From assembly GCA_031373745.1 (NCBI GenBank), contig JANMNH010000116.1:5728-69727 (forward strand): DNA of 64,000 nt, read 5' to 3'. Every line of letters begins with the position of its first letter. Position 1 is the stretch's first letter. This stretch comes from Hyphomicrobium sp. (GTDB lineage: Bacteria > Pseudomonadota > Alphaproteobacteria > Rhizobiales > Hyphomicrobiaceae). The translations under genes and the position numbers were made by a program. Under the pieces are notes generated by a model. That model had not been told where the DNA came from. It saw only the letters and a program-made list of their open reading frames with translations, and did not search any database. Positions 9,675 to 19,995 of this stretch are shown here, piece after piece.

Positions 9675-10244
9675 CTAGGCTTCTTTGGGCTTGATGAAGC
9701 CGACGGCCATGCGGCCATCCGGCATCGCAGCTCGAATTTTTGCCGGCATCGCCTTGAACGTTCTTTCGGCGAGTTTCTTGAGAAGCTCGCCGACGATTTT
9801 AGGATCGCCGACCGTGTCGATAACCCAGGGCTGGCTGCCGCTCTTCCAATCCTTGCCTTCGACATGGAGGAATTCGCTGGTGCTCTCCGAAAGCCGCTTA
9901 TCGACTTCGGGCGAGACCAACGCCCACCAGACCACGGCCGCGACGGCCATTGGCCCGCCCTGCTGTTGCTGCGCGCCGACAATGGCAAACTGGCCAAGGG
10001 CGATTGCGGGCGTCACGTAGGTGTTGAGTTCTCTAAGACTTAGTTTGCTATGGCGATTGGAGGCCGACATGATGGCCATGATCCGGCCAAACGCCGCTGC
10101 GCGCTGTTCGCTCGCTTCGCCGGCTTTTCGGGCCACTTCCGGCGACATAGGGGGCCCGGCCGCCGGTGTACCCGATTGCGGTTTCGGTGTTTCCGCAGAT
10201 TCTGGCGCGGCACCCGGAAGGACTTGCGATTTTGTGCTGAACAT
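9675..10244 (-). CDS. Toxin-activating lysine acyltransferase (HlyC/TAAT family)
   Basis: S-x-x-H motif 'MSASNRH', 'PAIALGQF', 'WALVSPEVDKRL', 'DWKSG..PWVID' all match HlyC/CyaC family features; Pro/Ala-rich N-terminal extension. Confidence 0.8.
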   Translation of the reverse strand: MFSTKSQVLPGAAPESAETPKPQSGTPAAGPPMSPEVARKAGEASEQRAAAFGRIMAIMSASNRHSKLSLRELNTYVTPAIALGQFAIVGAQQQQGGPMAVAAVVWWALVSPEVDKRLSESTSEFLHVEGKDWKSGSQPWVIDTVGDPKIVGELLKKLAERTFKAMPAKIRAAMPDGRMAVGFIKPKEA

Positions 10245-10502
10245 GGCGCAACATTCCTCTGAAAATCTAACGAATTAACTAACATGCGTCCCGATTTATA
10301 GCAGCCGCCGGGAGCGGCGACTATCCGCAGGCCAACATTTCGCGCTCCTTCAAAGGCTTGTCTATGCACCATACCCTTTGACGCAGCCCGAGAAGTTATC
10401 TCGCGTCTACGACAGAAGTTAGAATAAGCTTGGGCGATGTCCGGGCAGGCCGGACGCGGGCAGATGCCCGAGTGTAGGCACACCGAAACGGAGAAAGCCG
10501 AC

Positions 10503-11558
10503 GTGGATCAAGGCGCTGGGGCCGTTACGCTGAACCAGTTCCTGGCCGACTGGGGGCTAGAGCTTGCCACCCGCAAGGCAATATCGTCGACCGTCGCCGC
10601 CTTGGCCGGTGCCGGCGCCATGATGGCGCACAGGGTATCGAAGGGCGCTATTCCTGGGCGGCTTGGCCGTGTGACAGCCCGGGCCGGCGAATTCGACGAG
10701 CAAAAAGAAATCGACGTCCTTGCCAACAATGAAATCATAGAAGCGCTTCGGGCCGCACCTGTTGCCGCACTGGCCTCCGAAGAACTTGAAGAGCCGGTCG
10801 TTCTCGACGCCCAAGCGCCGCTGCTGGTGGCGGTCGATCCGCTTGACGGATCGTCGAACGTCGAAGCCAATGTTTCATTCGGAATGATTTTCTCGATTCT
10901 GCCGAGCCACCCCACATCGACCGGCGCCGCCGCATTTCTGCGCCCCGGCTCGCACCAGCTTGCGGCGGGCATGATCATCTATGGACCGGCGACCGTGTTT
11001 GCGCTGACGGTCGGGTCGGGCACACACGTCTTCACGCTCGATCACGCCACGGGAACGTTCTTGCTAACGCAAAAGAATGTTGCGATCCCGCCGACCGCAA
11101 ACGAGTACGCGATCAATTCGTCGAACGCGCGCTATTGGGAAGAGCCGATCCGAATCTATGTGCATGATTGCGAAAATGGAGCGGGCGGTCCGAGGGGGCG
11201 TGACTACAACATGCGCTGGACAGGATCGCCGGTGGCAGACGTTTACCGGATTCTGTCGCGTGGCGGCATTTATCTTTATCCGGCCGATAGCCGCAAAGGT
11301 TTTCAGCAAGGGCGCATCCGCTTGATTTATGAAGCCGGCCCCATCGCCTGGCTGGTTGAACAGGCGGGCGGGCGGGCGACGACGGGGCGCGAGCGCATCT
11401 TGGATGTCGTGCCCATAACGCTGCATCAGAAATCGCCGCTGATTTGCGGTTCGCGCGAAGAAGTCGATCACGTCGTGCGGCTCTATAGCGGCGAAAACCT
11501 GAAGGGGCAAAGCTCGCCGCTGTTCGGGCGGCGGGGCTTGTTTCGCGCTTGGAGTTGA
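10503..11558 (+). CDS. fbp: Fructose-1,6-bisphosphatase class 1 (CbbF type)
   Basis: 'VDPLDGSSN', 'YGPAT', 'EYAINSSN', 'RGGIYLYP', 'RLIYEAGP'. Start placed at GTG 10503 after a GGAG SD (the ORF is open from 10437). Confidence 0.9.
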   Translation: MDQGAGAVTLNQFLADWGLELATRKAISSTVAALAGAGAMMAHRVSKGAIPGRLGRVTARAGEFDEQKEIDVLANNEIIEALRAAPVAALASEELEEPVVLDAQAPLLVAVDPLDGSSNVEANVSFGMIFSILPSHPTSTGAAAFLRPGSHQLAAGMIIYGPATVFALTVGSGTHVFTLDHATGTFLLTQKNVAIPPTANEYAINSSNARYWEEPIRIYVHDCENGAGGPRGRDYNMRWTGSPVADVYRILSRGGIYLYPADSRKGFQQGRIRLIYEAGPIAWLVEQAGGRATTGRERILDVVPITLHQKSPLICGSREEVDHVVRLYSGENLKGQSSPLFGRRGLFRAWS

Positions 11559-11597
11559 GGAAGTTTTCTTTATAGCAAGAGGTCCGGGTACCGCACG

Positions 11598-12473
11598 ATG
11601 TCGATTAAGTTTCCCATCATTTCCGTGACAGGATCCTCAGGCGCGGGGACGACGTCGGTCCGTCACACGTTCGAGTACATTTTCCGGCGCGAGAATGTGA
11701 ATGCCGCCTTCGTGCAAGGCGATGCCTTCCACCGCTACAATCGTGCCGAAATGGACAAGGCCATGAGCGCCGCGGAAAAGAAGGGCAACCGCAACTTCAG
11801 CCACTTCGGCGAGGAAGCAAACCTTCTTGAAGATCTCGAAGGATTGTTCCGTACTTATGCCGAAACGGGCGGGGGGCGCACGCGCGCTTATGCTCACGAC
11901 GATGAAGAATCCAAACAATTTGGCGTGCCCGTCGGCGCCTTCGCGCCCTGGAGCGATATCGAGCCCGGCTCCGATCTGCTGCTCTACGAAGGCCTTCACG
12001 GCGCCGTCATCACCGAGAAGGTCAACATCGCCCAGCATGCGGACTTGAAGATTGGTGTCGTGCCGGTCATCAATCTCGAATGGATCCAGAAGATCGATCG
12101 CGACCGCACGTTGCGCGGCTACACGACGGAAGAAGTGACCAACGCCATTTTGCGGCGCATGCCGGACTACATCAAATATATTTGCTCGCAGTTCACCGAG
12201 ACCGACATCAACTTTCAGCGCATTCCGACCGTCGATACCTCGAACCCGTTTGTCGCACGATGGATCCCGACGCCGGACGAATCGATGGTCGTGATTCGCT
12301 TTCGCGATCCGCGCGGGATCGATTTCGCATATCTCCTGTCCATGCTGCACGATAGCTTCATGTCGCGCGCCAATTCCATCGTAATTCCAGGCAGCAAACT
12401 CGATCTTGCCATGCAGCTTATCCTGACGCCGCTTATCCTGCAGCTGGTCGAGCGCAAACGCCGGTCGTGGTAG
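11598..12473 (+). CDS. prk: Phosphoribulokinase (proteobacterial class)
   Basis: 'VTGSSGAGTT', 'GDAFHRYNR', 'LLLYEGLHG', 'SQFTETDINFQRIPTVDTSNPF'. Confidence 0.95.
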   Translation: MSIKFPIISVTGSSGAGTTSVRHTFEYIFRRENVNAAFVQGDAFHRYNRAEMDKAMSAAEKKGNRNFSHFGEEANLLEDLEGLFRTYAETGGGRTRAYAHDDEESKQFGVPVGAFAPWSDIEPGSDLLLYEGLHGAVITEKVNIAQHADLKIGVVPVINLEWIQKIDRDRTLRGYTTEEVTNAILRRMPDYIKYICSQFTETDINFQRIPTVDTSNPFVARWIPTPDESMVVIRFRDPRGIDFAYLLSMLHDSFMSRANSIVIPGSKLDLAMQLILTPLILQLVERKRRSW

Positions 12474-12563
12474 CGGTCGGGCAAAGCTGGCGCCGCACAC
12501 GCGAATCCGGCTAGGGTGCGAGCGAACGCCAGTCTATTTAACTTCGAAAACCTGAGGTTCATC

Positions 12564-13238
12564 GTGCCGCGCCCCATGCTGATTGCTCCTTCAATCCTCT
12601 CCGCCGATTTCGGCCGGCTTGGCGACGAAATCCGCGCCATCGACGAGGCGGGCGCCGATTGGATTCATTGCGACGTGATGGACGGGCACTTCGTGCCAAA
12701 CATCACGTTCGGGCCACCGGTCATCAAGGCCGTGCGCGGGGCATCAAAAAAAATCTTCGACGTGCATTTGATGATCGCGCCCGCCGACCCTTATTTCGCG
12801 GCCTTTGCGGACGCGGGCGCCGACATCATCACGGTGCACGCGGAAGCAGGGCCCCATCTCGACCGTTCGCTGCAGGCGATCCGTGCGCTTGGCAAGAAAG
12901 CCGGTGTTTCGATCAATCCTGCGACGCCGGAAAGCGTCATCGAGCATGTGCTCGACCGGCTCGATTTGATTTTGCTGATGACGGTCAATCCGGGTTTTGG
13001 CGGGCAAGCGTTTATTACTTCTGTGGTCGACAAGATCGCGCGCGTCAAAAGAATGATTGGAACGCGGCCGATCGATATCGAAGTCGATGGCGGCGTGACG
13101 TCCGAGACGGCGCCGCTCGTCGCGAAAGCAGGCGCGAACGTTCTGGTCGCAGGTTCGGCTGTGTTCAAAGGCGGCACGCGCGAGTCTTACGCGAAAAATA
13201 TCGCGGGCATCCGCAAGGCCGCCGAAAACGCGCGTTAA
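12564..13238 (+). CDS. rpe: Ribulose-phosphate 3-epimerase
   Basis: '[10 protein letters not shown]', '[16 protein letters not shown]', '[10 protein letters not shown]', 'EVDGGV'. Start at GTG 12564 or ATG 12576. Confidence 0.95.
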   Translation: MPRPMLIAPSILSADFGRLGDEIRAIDEAGADWIHCDVMDGHFVPNITFGPPVIKAVRGASKKIFDVHLMIAPADPYFAAFADAGADIITVHAEAGPHLDRSLQAIRALGKKAGVSINPATPESVIEHVLDRLDLILLMTVNPGFGGQAFITSVVDKIARVKRMIGTRPIDIEVDGGVTSETAPLVAKAGANVLVAGSAVFKGGTRESYAKNIAGIRKAAENAR

Positions 13239-14242
13239 ACCCGGTAGAATTCGCGGTACCACTGCACGAAGCGGTGAATGCCGTCTTCAATCGTTGTGGA
13301 TGGTTTGAAGCCGACGGCAGCAGTTAATGCATCGACGTCGGCATAGGTCCTCGGCACGTCGCCGGGCTGGGCAGGCAGCAGTTTGCGCTTGGCCGGGCGG
13401 CCCGTTTCTTTTTCAATGAGCGAGATGAAGTATTCGAGTTCTACCGGCGCGTTGTTGCCGATGTTGTAAAGCCGATACGGCGCGCTTGAGGTTGCGGGCG
13501 AGGGGGCATCGCTCGACCAATTGGGATCCGGCGCGGCTACTTGGTCCAGCGTGCGCACGACACCCTCGACGATATCGTCGATGTAGGTGAAATCGCGCGC
13601 GTGGTGACCGGCGCTGAAAACGTCGATCGGTTCGCCGGCGAGAATTTTCTTCGTAAAAATGAAGAGCGCCATATCCGGCCGGCCCCAGGGGCCGTAGACG
13701 GTGAAAAAGCGCAAGCCCGTCATCGGCGTACCGTATAGGCTGGCATATGAGTGCGCCATCAGTTCGTTGGCTTTCTTGGTGGCGGCGTAAAGGCTCAAGG
13801 GGTGATCGACGGGATCTTCGGTGCGAAACGGCATCGTTGTGTTGGCACCGTAGACGGAACTCGACGACGCGAACACGCAATGCTCGACGGCGTTTTGGCG
13901 GCAGCCCTCTAGAATGTTCAAGAAGCCCTGGATATTGGCATCGATATAAGCGTGCGGGTTTTCGAGCGAGTAACGCACGCCGGCTTGCGCGGCGAGATTG
14001 ATCACGCGGCCGAAGCGCTCTTCGGCAAATAGAGTTTGCATCGCGTTGCGATCGGCAATGTCGGCTTTGACAAAGCGAAAACCGTTGCGGCCTTCGAGGC
14101 GGGCGAGGCGCGCTTCCTTTAGGCGCACGTCGTAGTAGGCATTCATGTTGTCGAGGCCGACCACCTCGTCGCCGCGGTCGAGCAAGACTTTGCTGATGTG
14201 AGAGCCAATGAAACCGGCCGCGCCGGTGACGAGAATTTTCAT
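13235..14242 (-). CDS. UDP-glucuronate 4-epimerase (NAD-dependent epimerase, LpsL/Cap1I-like)
   Basis: 'TGAAGFIG', '[15 protein letters not shown]', '[11 protein letters not shown]', '[15 protein letters not shown]'. Confidence 0.88.
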   Translation of the reverse strand: MKILVTGAAGFIGSHISKVLLDRGDEVVGLDNMNAYYDVRLKEARLARLEGRNGFRFVKADIADRNAMQTLFAEERFGRVINLAAQAGVRYSLENPHAYIDANIQGFLNILEGCRQNAVEHCVFASSSSVYGANTTMPFRTEDPVDHPLSLYAATKKANELMAHSYASLYGTPMTGLRFFTVYGPWGRPDMALFIFTKKILAGEPIDVFSAGHHARDFTYIDDIVEGVVRTLDQVAAPDPNWSSDAPSPATSSAPYRLYNIGNNAPVELEYFISLIEKETGRPAKRKLLPAQPGDVPRTYADVDALTAAVGFKPSTTIEDGIHRFVQWYREFYRV

Positions 14243-14407
14243 AAGTCTTCCTGGTGTTTCTCGGGGCCGTGGACGCCCTCAATGGCCGGACGCGGCGATC
14301 ATGGTGCCGCATAACAGACATTTTGCGGGCATGCCAGGGGCGATAGCGTCATCCGCCCTTGCGGTGCGCACGCCGCCTGGACTATCAGCGGCGTGAAGGA
14401 TCGCGCG

Positions 14408-16888
14408 ATGAAGTTTTCCACCCAACTGCCGATCGATACCGTGCTTGGCGCCGTGATGGCAGCACTGACGGACGCCGGCCGTGCCGTGCTTGTAGCGCCG
14501 CCCGGCGCGGGCAAGACCACGCGGGTGCCGCTGGCGCTGCTCGATGCGCCGTGGCTCGGCGCGGGCAAGATCGTCGTGCTGGAGCCGCGCCGTATAGCAG
14601 CGCGCGGAGCAGCCGAGTTCATGTCGGCCACGATGGGCGAGAAACTTGGCGGTATTGTCGGCTTGCGGGCCCGGTTGTCTTCCAAAGTTTCGGCAGCCAC
14701 GCGTGTCGAGGTTATCACCGAAGGCGTGTTCACGCGCATGATCCTCGACGATCCGGAATTGACGGGCATAGGCGCCGTACTGTTCGACGAGTTTCATGAG
14801 CGGTCGCTCGATGCCGACTTGGGGTTGGCGCTTGCACTTGAAGCACGCGCCGGATTGCGTCCGGATTTGAGATTGCTCGTCATGTCGGCAACGCTCGATG
14901 GGGCGCGTGTAGCAAGGCTGTTGAACGATGCCCCTGTGATCGAGAGCGAGGGCCGGGCGTTTCCGGTCGAAACGCGTTATTTAGGCCGCGCGTCGCAACG
15001 CATCGATGACGACATGGCGGCAGCTGTGCAAAAGGCGTTGCGCGACGAGACGGGATCGATCCTGGCGTTCTTGCCGGGGCAAGGCGAAATCCTGCGCGTG
15101 GCGGAACGCCTGCGCGAGCGCGTCAGCGACCCAGTAGTCGATATCGCGCCGCTCTATGGCGCGCTTGATATGGGCGCGCAGGATCTCGCCGTGTCGCCGG
15201 CAAGGCCAGGGCGGCGCAAAGTCGTGCTGGCGACATCGATTGCCGAAACTTCGATTACGATCGAGGGCGTACGCGTTGTGATCGATAGCGGGCTTGCGCG
15301 CGTTCCGAGATTCGAGTCTGACGTGGGCGTCACACGATTAGAGACCGTGCGCGTGTCGCGCGCCTCGGCCGATCAGCGCCGCGGGCGTGCGGGGCGAACG
15401 CAAGCCGGCATTTGTTACCGGTTGTGGGATGAGCCTGAAACGCAAGGCCTCGTGCCATTTGCGGAACCGGAAATCAAGTCGGCCGATTTGTCGAGCTTGC
15501 TGCTCGACTGCGCCGAATGGGGCGCACCCGATCCTAGAACCCTATCGTGGCTCGATCCGCCGTCCGAAGGCGTCATCGCGGCGACGCGCGAAGAGTTGCA
15601 GGACATCGGCGCGCTTGACGACACAGGGCGCATTACCGCCGAGGGGCGCCGGCTTAGAGCCTTGCCGTTGCCGCCGCGCTTGGCGCGCATGCTGGTTGCA
15701 TCGGTTGCACATGGGGCGGAACTGCGCGCGGCGATGATAGCGGCCGTCCTCGTCGAGCGCGGTATGGGCGGCAACGATATCGATTTGGGGCTTCGGCTCG
15801 AAAGTTTTGCGCGCGATAGATCGCGGCGCGCGGAAGATATGCGGAGACTCGCGTTTGGTTGGGCGAAAGCGGCTGGTTCCGGATCGGCGCGGGTACAGGA
15901 TGACGGGATATCGACAGCGGGACTGCTGGCGCTCGCCTATCCCGATCGAATTGCTAAATCGCGCGGCGCGCCCGGACAATTTCTACTGGCTAATGGACGT
16001 GCCGGAAACATCGACGTCAAAGAGCTGTTGGCGCGCGCGCCGTATCTTGTTGTTGCGGAAATGCAAGGCAAGGCGGCGGCGACGCGTATCGTTCTGGCCG
16101 TTGCGGCGGACGAAGCGGACGTGATGAACTTTGCATCCGCTCGGATCGAGGAGAACGACGAATTAAGTTTCGACGCGGCCTCCGGTTCCGTGCGTGCGAA
16201 ACGCACGCGAAGGCTAAGTGCGATTACGTTCTCAAGCGCGCCGCGGCCGCTGCAGAAGGACGACAATGTTTCCGTTGTTCTGGCGGCCGGCATTGCGCGG
16301 CTTGGAGCAGGGAAACTGCCTTGGACAAAAGCGCAAGCGCAGTTACGCGAGCGCGTGGCTTTCTTGACCAAGGCGGGCTTGACCAAGGCAGGCGGCGAAT
16401 GGCCCGATCTCTCGGACGAAGGCTTAAGCGCGAACAATTGCGCGTGGCTGCAACCCTACCTCGTTGGCAAATCGCGCGTTGGCGACATCGCGGCGGATGA
16501 TTTAGGTAGCGCGCTCGATGCCCTGTTGCCTTGGAACATGCGGCAGCGATTGGAGACGGAAGCGCCGACGCATTTCGAAGCCCCGACGGGCAATCGCCAC
16601 GCACTCGATTACGAAGGACCGGGCGCACCGGCGTTGCACATTCGCGTGCAGGAATTGTTCGGGCTCAAGCAGCATCCCGCAATTGCCGGCGGGCGCTTGC
16701 CGTTGACGCTGAATTTGTTGTCGCCCGCGCACAGGCCAATTCAGATCACGCGCGATCTGCCGGGCTTCTGGGCAGGGTCATGGGCGGCGGTGAAAGCCGA
16801 TATGCGCGGGCGCTATCCAAGGCACGTCTGGCCCGACGATCCGGCGAATGCCGTCCCGACAGCGCGTGCGAAGCCGAGGGGGACGTGA
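14408..16888 (+). CDS. hrpB: ATP-dependent RNA helicase HrpB
   Basis: 'APPGAGKTTRVP', 'DEFHERSL', 'MSATLD', 'ATSIAETSITI', 'QRRGRAGR', C-terminal 'DLPGFWAGSWAAVKADMRGRYPRHVWPDDP'. Confidence 0.95.
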   Translation: MKFSTQLPIDTVLGAVMAALTDAGRAVLVAPPGAGKTTRVPLALLDAPWLGAGKIVVLEPRRIAARGAAEFMSATMGEKLGGIVGLRARLSSKVSAATRVEVITEGVFTRMILDDPELTGIGAVLFDEFHERSLDADLGLALALEARAGLRPDLRLLVMSATLDGARVARLLNDAPVIESEGRAFPVETRYLGRASQRIDDDMAAAVQKALRDETGSILAFLPGQGEILRVAERLRERVSDPVVDIAPLYGALDMGAQDLAVSPARPGRRKVVLATSIAETSITIEGVRVVIDSGLARVPRFESDVGVTRLETVRVSRASADQRRGRAGRTQAGICYRLWDEPETQGLVPFAEPEIKSADLSSLLLDCAEWGAPDPRTLSWLDPPSEGVIAATREELQDIGALDDTGRITAEGRRLRALPLPPRLARMLVASVAHGAELRAAMIAAVLVERGMGGNDIDLGLRLESFARDRSRRAEDMRRLAFGWAKAAGSGSARVQDDGISTAGLLALAYPDRIAKSRGAPGQFLLANGRAGNIDVKELLARAPYLVVAEMQGKAAATRIVLAVAADEADVMNFASARIEENDELSFDAASGSVRAKRTRRLSAITFSSAPRPLQKDDNVSVVLAAGIARLGAGKLPWTKAQAQLRERVAFLTKAGLTKAGGEWPDLSDEGLSANNCAWLQPYLVGKSRVGDIAADDLGSALDALLPWNMRQRLETEAPTHFEAPTGNRHALDYEGPGAPALHIRVQELFGLKQHPAIAGGRLPLTLNLLSPAHRPIQITRDLPGFWAGSWAAVKADMRGRYPRHVWPDDPANAVPTARAKPRGT

Positions 16889-16889
16889 G

Positions 16890-18011
16890 TTACGGCTCGC
16901 TATAAACCGCAAGTGTTTCGGCTACGATGCGCGAGAGAGTGAACTCGGCTTCGACGCGCGCGCGCCCGGCGGCGGCGAGCCGCGCGCAAAGAACTGGATC
17001 AGCGATCATGCGGTGCAGGGCAGCGGCAAGCGCGTGCGCGTTGCGGGCGGGAACGAGAAGGCCGTTGACATCGTGCTGGACGATTTCCCGGCAGCCGGGA
17101 ACGTCGGTTGTGACGATGGGACGGGCGGCCGCTGCAGCTTCCAAAAGGGCTTTGGGTAACCCCTCGCGGTACGAGGGCAGACAGACGATGGTTGCGTCAG
17201 TAAGGACGGCCGCCATGTCGTCGCGCCAGCCGAGCGCGGTGACGAGCCCTTCGCGCACATAGGCATCGATCTCAGATTGGGTGAGCGATCCGGGATTGAA
17301 AGGGTCCGGCGCACCGGCGAGAATGAATTCGGCGCTGATGCCGTTGCGTTTCAAGAGACGGGCAGCTTCGATGAATTCGATCACGCCCTTGTCGCGCAGC
17401 AGACGTGCCGGCAAGACGATGCGCGGGCGTCCGGCGGGCGGCGGGGTGACGTTGAAATCCGAGAGGTCGACACCCGAGCCGCGAATGAGGCGAATGCTCG
17501 CTGTCTTTGCGAGTTGCGAAGAAATGAGTTGCGCGCGGTCGTCGCGGTTTTGAACGATGACGCGCGAATGTTTCGACGATAGTGCAGTTCTGAGGGCGGC
17601 ACGCACGGCCGGACGCAGTATTCTTGCTTTGGTGCTCTCAGACGTGAAAACATAGCCAAGCCCCATGATGGCATTGACGACGCGAGGCACGCGGGCAATG
17701 CGCGCGGCAACGGAGCCGTAGAGCACGGGCTTCATGGCGACGTGATGCACCACGTCGGGCTTTTCGCGGCGGTAAATCGCCGTCAGCTTCGCGATTGTTG
17801 CGCCGTCGCGGAGCGGGTTGAGGCCGGAGCGGTCGAAATCTATCGGGATCAGTTTCAGGCCTGCGTTGGAGATGACAGCGCCGTGCTTCCCGAGTTTAGT
17901 TACGACGCTGACGTCGTAGCCGGCGTCGCGCGCGGCTTGGGCAAGCGCGAGGCGGTGCGAGACGAAATACCAGTCTTCGGTGACGAGATAGAGAAGTTTC
18001 TTTTTGGTCAT
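16890..18011 (-). CDS. Glycosyltransferase family 4
   Basis: 'VTEDWYFVSHRLALA', 'SYREGLPKALLEAAA', 'DVPGCREIV'. Start at 18011 gives an ATGA overlap with the upstream amidotransferase gene. Confidence 0.9.
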   Translation of the reverse strand: MTKKKLLYLVTEDWYFVSHRLALAQAARDAGYDVSVVTKLGKHGAVISNAGLKLIPIDFDRSGLNPLRDGATIAKLTAIYRREKPDVVHHVAMKPVLYGSVAARIARVPRVVNAIMGLGYVFTSESTKARILRPAVRAALRTALSSKHSRVIVQNRDDRAQLISSQLAKTASIRLIRGSGVDLSDFNVTPPPAGRPRIVLPARLLRDKGVIEFIEAARLLKRNGISAEFILAGAPDPFNPGSLTQSEIDAYVREGLVTALGWRDDMAAVLTDATIVCLPSYREGLPKALLEAAAAARPIVTTDVPGCREIVQHDVNGLLVPARNAHALAAALHRMIADPVLCARLAAAGRARVEAEFTLSRIVAETLAVYSEP

Positions 18012-19960
18012 GCGGCTCCCTGCCGTTCCCGGTCGAGCCAAGACTGGAACATGAGAATGACCCAAAGCGGATAGTGCATGTTGCGCGTGCCGTCGAGATG
18101 ATCGCTCCAAGCCTTGCGGATGGGTGCGGCGTGGAAGAAGCCGTCATTGGTCAGGCGCTTTTCGGCGAGCAGGTCTTCGGCCCAATCGCGCAAGGGGCCG
18201 CGCAGCCAAGCGTCGAGCGGAATGCCAAAGCCCATCTTCGGGCGCTCAATGAGGTGGCGCGGCACGTGGCGGAAGAGGATTTCGCGTAGCGGCCATTTGC
18301 TCTGGCCCTCGTGGCGTAGAATATTCAGCGGGAGTGATGCTGAAAATGAAACGAGGCGATGATCGAGGAGGGGCACGCGCGTTTCAAGGCTGACCGACAT
18401 GGCGGCTCGATCGACTTTGGCGAGGATGTCGTCCGGCAGATAGCGTACGAGATCGTCGTGCATCATGCGGCGCACGGGATCGAAATCGTGCGGCAGCCCG
18501 TTCGTGCGGCCAAGTTCCGGTTCATGCCCGCCAATGACGATGTCGCTCGGGCTTTGCCAGTGCGAAACGAGCACGCGATAAACGTCGTCCAGCGAGTTCA
18601 AGGCGGCAACGCTCGCGCCTTTAACAAGCCGGTCTCCCGGTCGCTCGATGCGATAGCGCTGCGGCAAGAGGTTTGTTGCAGGGCGGAGCATCCGGTTGAG
18701 TGCTTCAGGACCGGCCGCTGTAACGGCATTTGCGATCGTGCGCCGGAGCGGCGCCGGGATGCGGCGCAGCCGGTTCCAGGTCTTTTGTGCCAATGCGTAG
18801 CGCGTGTACCCGCAAAAAAGTTCGTCGCCGCCGTCGCCGGAAAGCGCGACCGTGACGTGGCGGTGCGCGAGTTCGGATACGAGAAGTGTTGGAATTTGTG
18901 AACTGTCGGCGAAGGGTTCCGAATAGACAGAGGCGAGACGCGGAACGGTAGCAAGTGCATCGGCCTCGGTGACATAGAGTTCCGTGTGGTCCGTGCCGAG
19001 GTGCCGGGCGACGGCTTTGGCATGGGGAGCTTCGTCATAGCCCTGTTCTCGAAAGCCGATTGAGAATGTTTTGACCGGCCGCGTACTCATCGTTTGCATG
19101 AGCGCGACGACGGCCGATGAGTCGATGCCGCCCGAGAGAAACGCGCCAAGGGGAACGTCGGAGATCATTTGGCCGGAGAGAGATTGGCGCAGCAAGCGTT
19201 CGGTTTCATCCGCTGCTCCTTTCGCGCTGCCGGTGAACGGACTGGAGGCCGCGTTGGCGATCTCGCGCGTCGCATCCCAAAAGCGCGCGTGGAGCGGTTC
19301 GCCGCCGCTTTTGATTTCGAGAATGCAGCCGGGCTCGAGCTTTTTGATGCCGCGATAAATGGAATGCGGCGCGGGGATGCTGTTGTAGCGGAGAAGAAGT
19401 GTGAGCGCGCAGCGATCAATTTCGCCTTGCCAGGATGGGTGCTGCTTCAGCGCCGCAAGATCGGAGCCAAACAGAAAGACGCCGCCTTGATTTCCGTAAT
19501 AGAGCGGCTTTTCGCCGAGCCGGTCGCGGGCAAGCGTGAGCGTTCGTGACTGGCGGTCGAAGACGGCAAGTGCGAACATGCCGGCGCAACGCATGAGTGC
19601 GGCACTCGTGCCCCAGGCTTCGATGGCCGCAAGCAAGACTTCGGTGTCGGAGTGCCCGCGCCACGTGGGGGCGAGGCCCGAGGCTTCGAGATCAGCGCGC
19701 ACGACTGCGAAATTGTAGATCTCGCCGTTAAAGGCGATGACGAAGCGCCCGCTTTGAGAGATCATAGGCTGATGGCCGGCGGGCGTAAGATCGATGATGG
19801 ACAAGCGGCGATGACCGAGCGCCAGACCGGATGCTTGGTCGACGAATGTGCCGCTGTCGTCCGGTCCGCGATGGCGAATGGCGTCCGACATGCGCTTGAC
19901 AATGGCTTCGCTGGCGGAGGCGGGCCCGCTCGATCCTAGAAAGCCCGCGAAACCGCACAT
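18008..19960 (-). CDS. asnB: Asparagine synthase-family glutamine amidotransferase (polysaccharide-associated AsnB/WbpS type)
   Basis: N-terminal 'MCGFAG', 'HRRLSIID', 'FLSGGIDSS', 'ALSGDGGDELF', 'KVDRAAMSVSLETRVPLLD'. Confidence 0.9.
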   Translation of the reverse strand: MCGFAGFLGSSGPASASEAIVKRMSDAIRHRGPDDSGTFVDQASGLALGHRRLSIIDLTPAGHQPMISQSGRFVIAFNGEIYNFAVVRADLEASGLAPTWRGHSDTEVLLAAIEAWGTSAALMRCAGMFALAVFDRQSRTLTLARDRLGEKPLYYGNQGGVFLFGSDLAALKQHPSWQGEIDRCALTLLLRYNSIPAPHSIYRGIKKLEPGCILEIKSGGEPLHARFWDATREIANAASSPFTGSAKGAADETERLLRQSLSGQMISDVPLGAFLSGGIDSSAVVALMQTMSTRPVKTFSIGFREQGYDEAPHAKAVARHLGTDHTELYVTEADALATVPRLASVYSEPFADSSQIPTLLVSELAHRHVTVALSGDGGDELFCGYTRYALAQKTWNRLRRIPAPLRRTIANAVTAAGPEALNRMLRPATNLLPQRYRIERPGDRLVKGASVAALNSLDDVYRVLVSHWQSPSDIVIGGHEPELGRTNGLPHDFDPVRRMMHDDLVRYLPDDILAKVDRAAMSVSLETRVPLLDHRLVSFSASLPLNILRHEGQSKWPLREILFRHVPRHLIERPKMGFGIPLDAWLRGPLRDWAEDLLAEKRLTNDGFFHAAPIRKAWSDHLDGTRNMHYPLWVILMFQSWLDRERQGAA

Positions 19961-19995
19961 TGCAGCAATGTCCTAAGCGATGTCTTGAATGCAGG

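Noticed and set aside
5079-14242. ugd and the UDP-glucuronate epimerase gene as boundaries of an inserted island
   Set aside because: They are in opposite orientations and I saw no flanking repeats or mobility genes, so an insertion cannot be supported.
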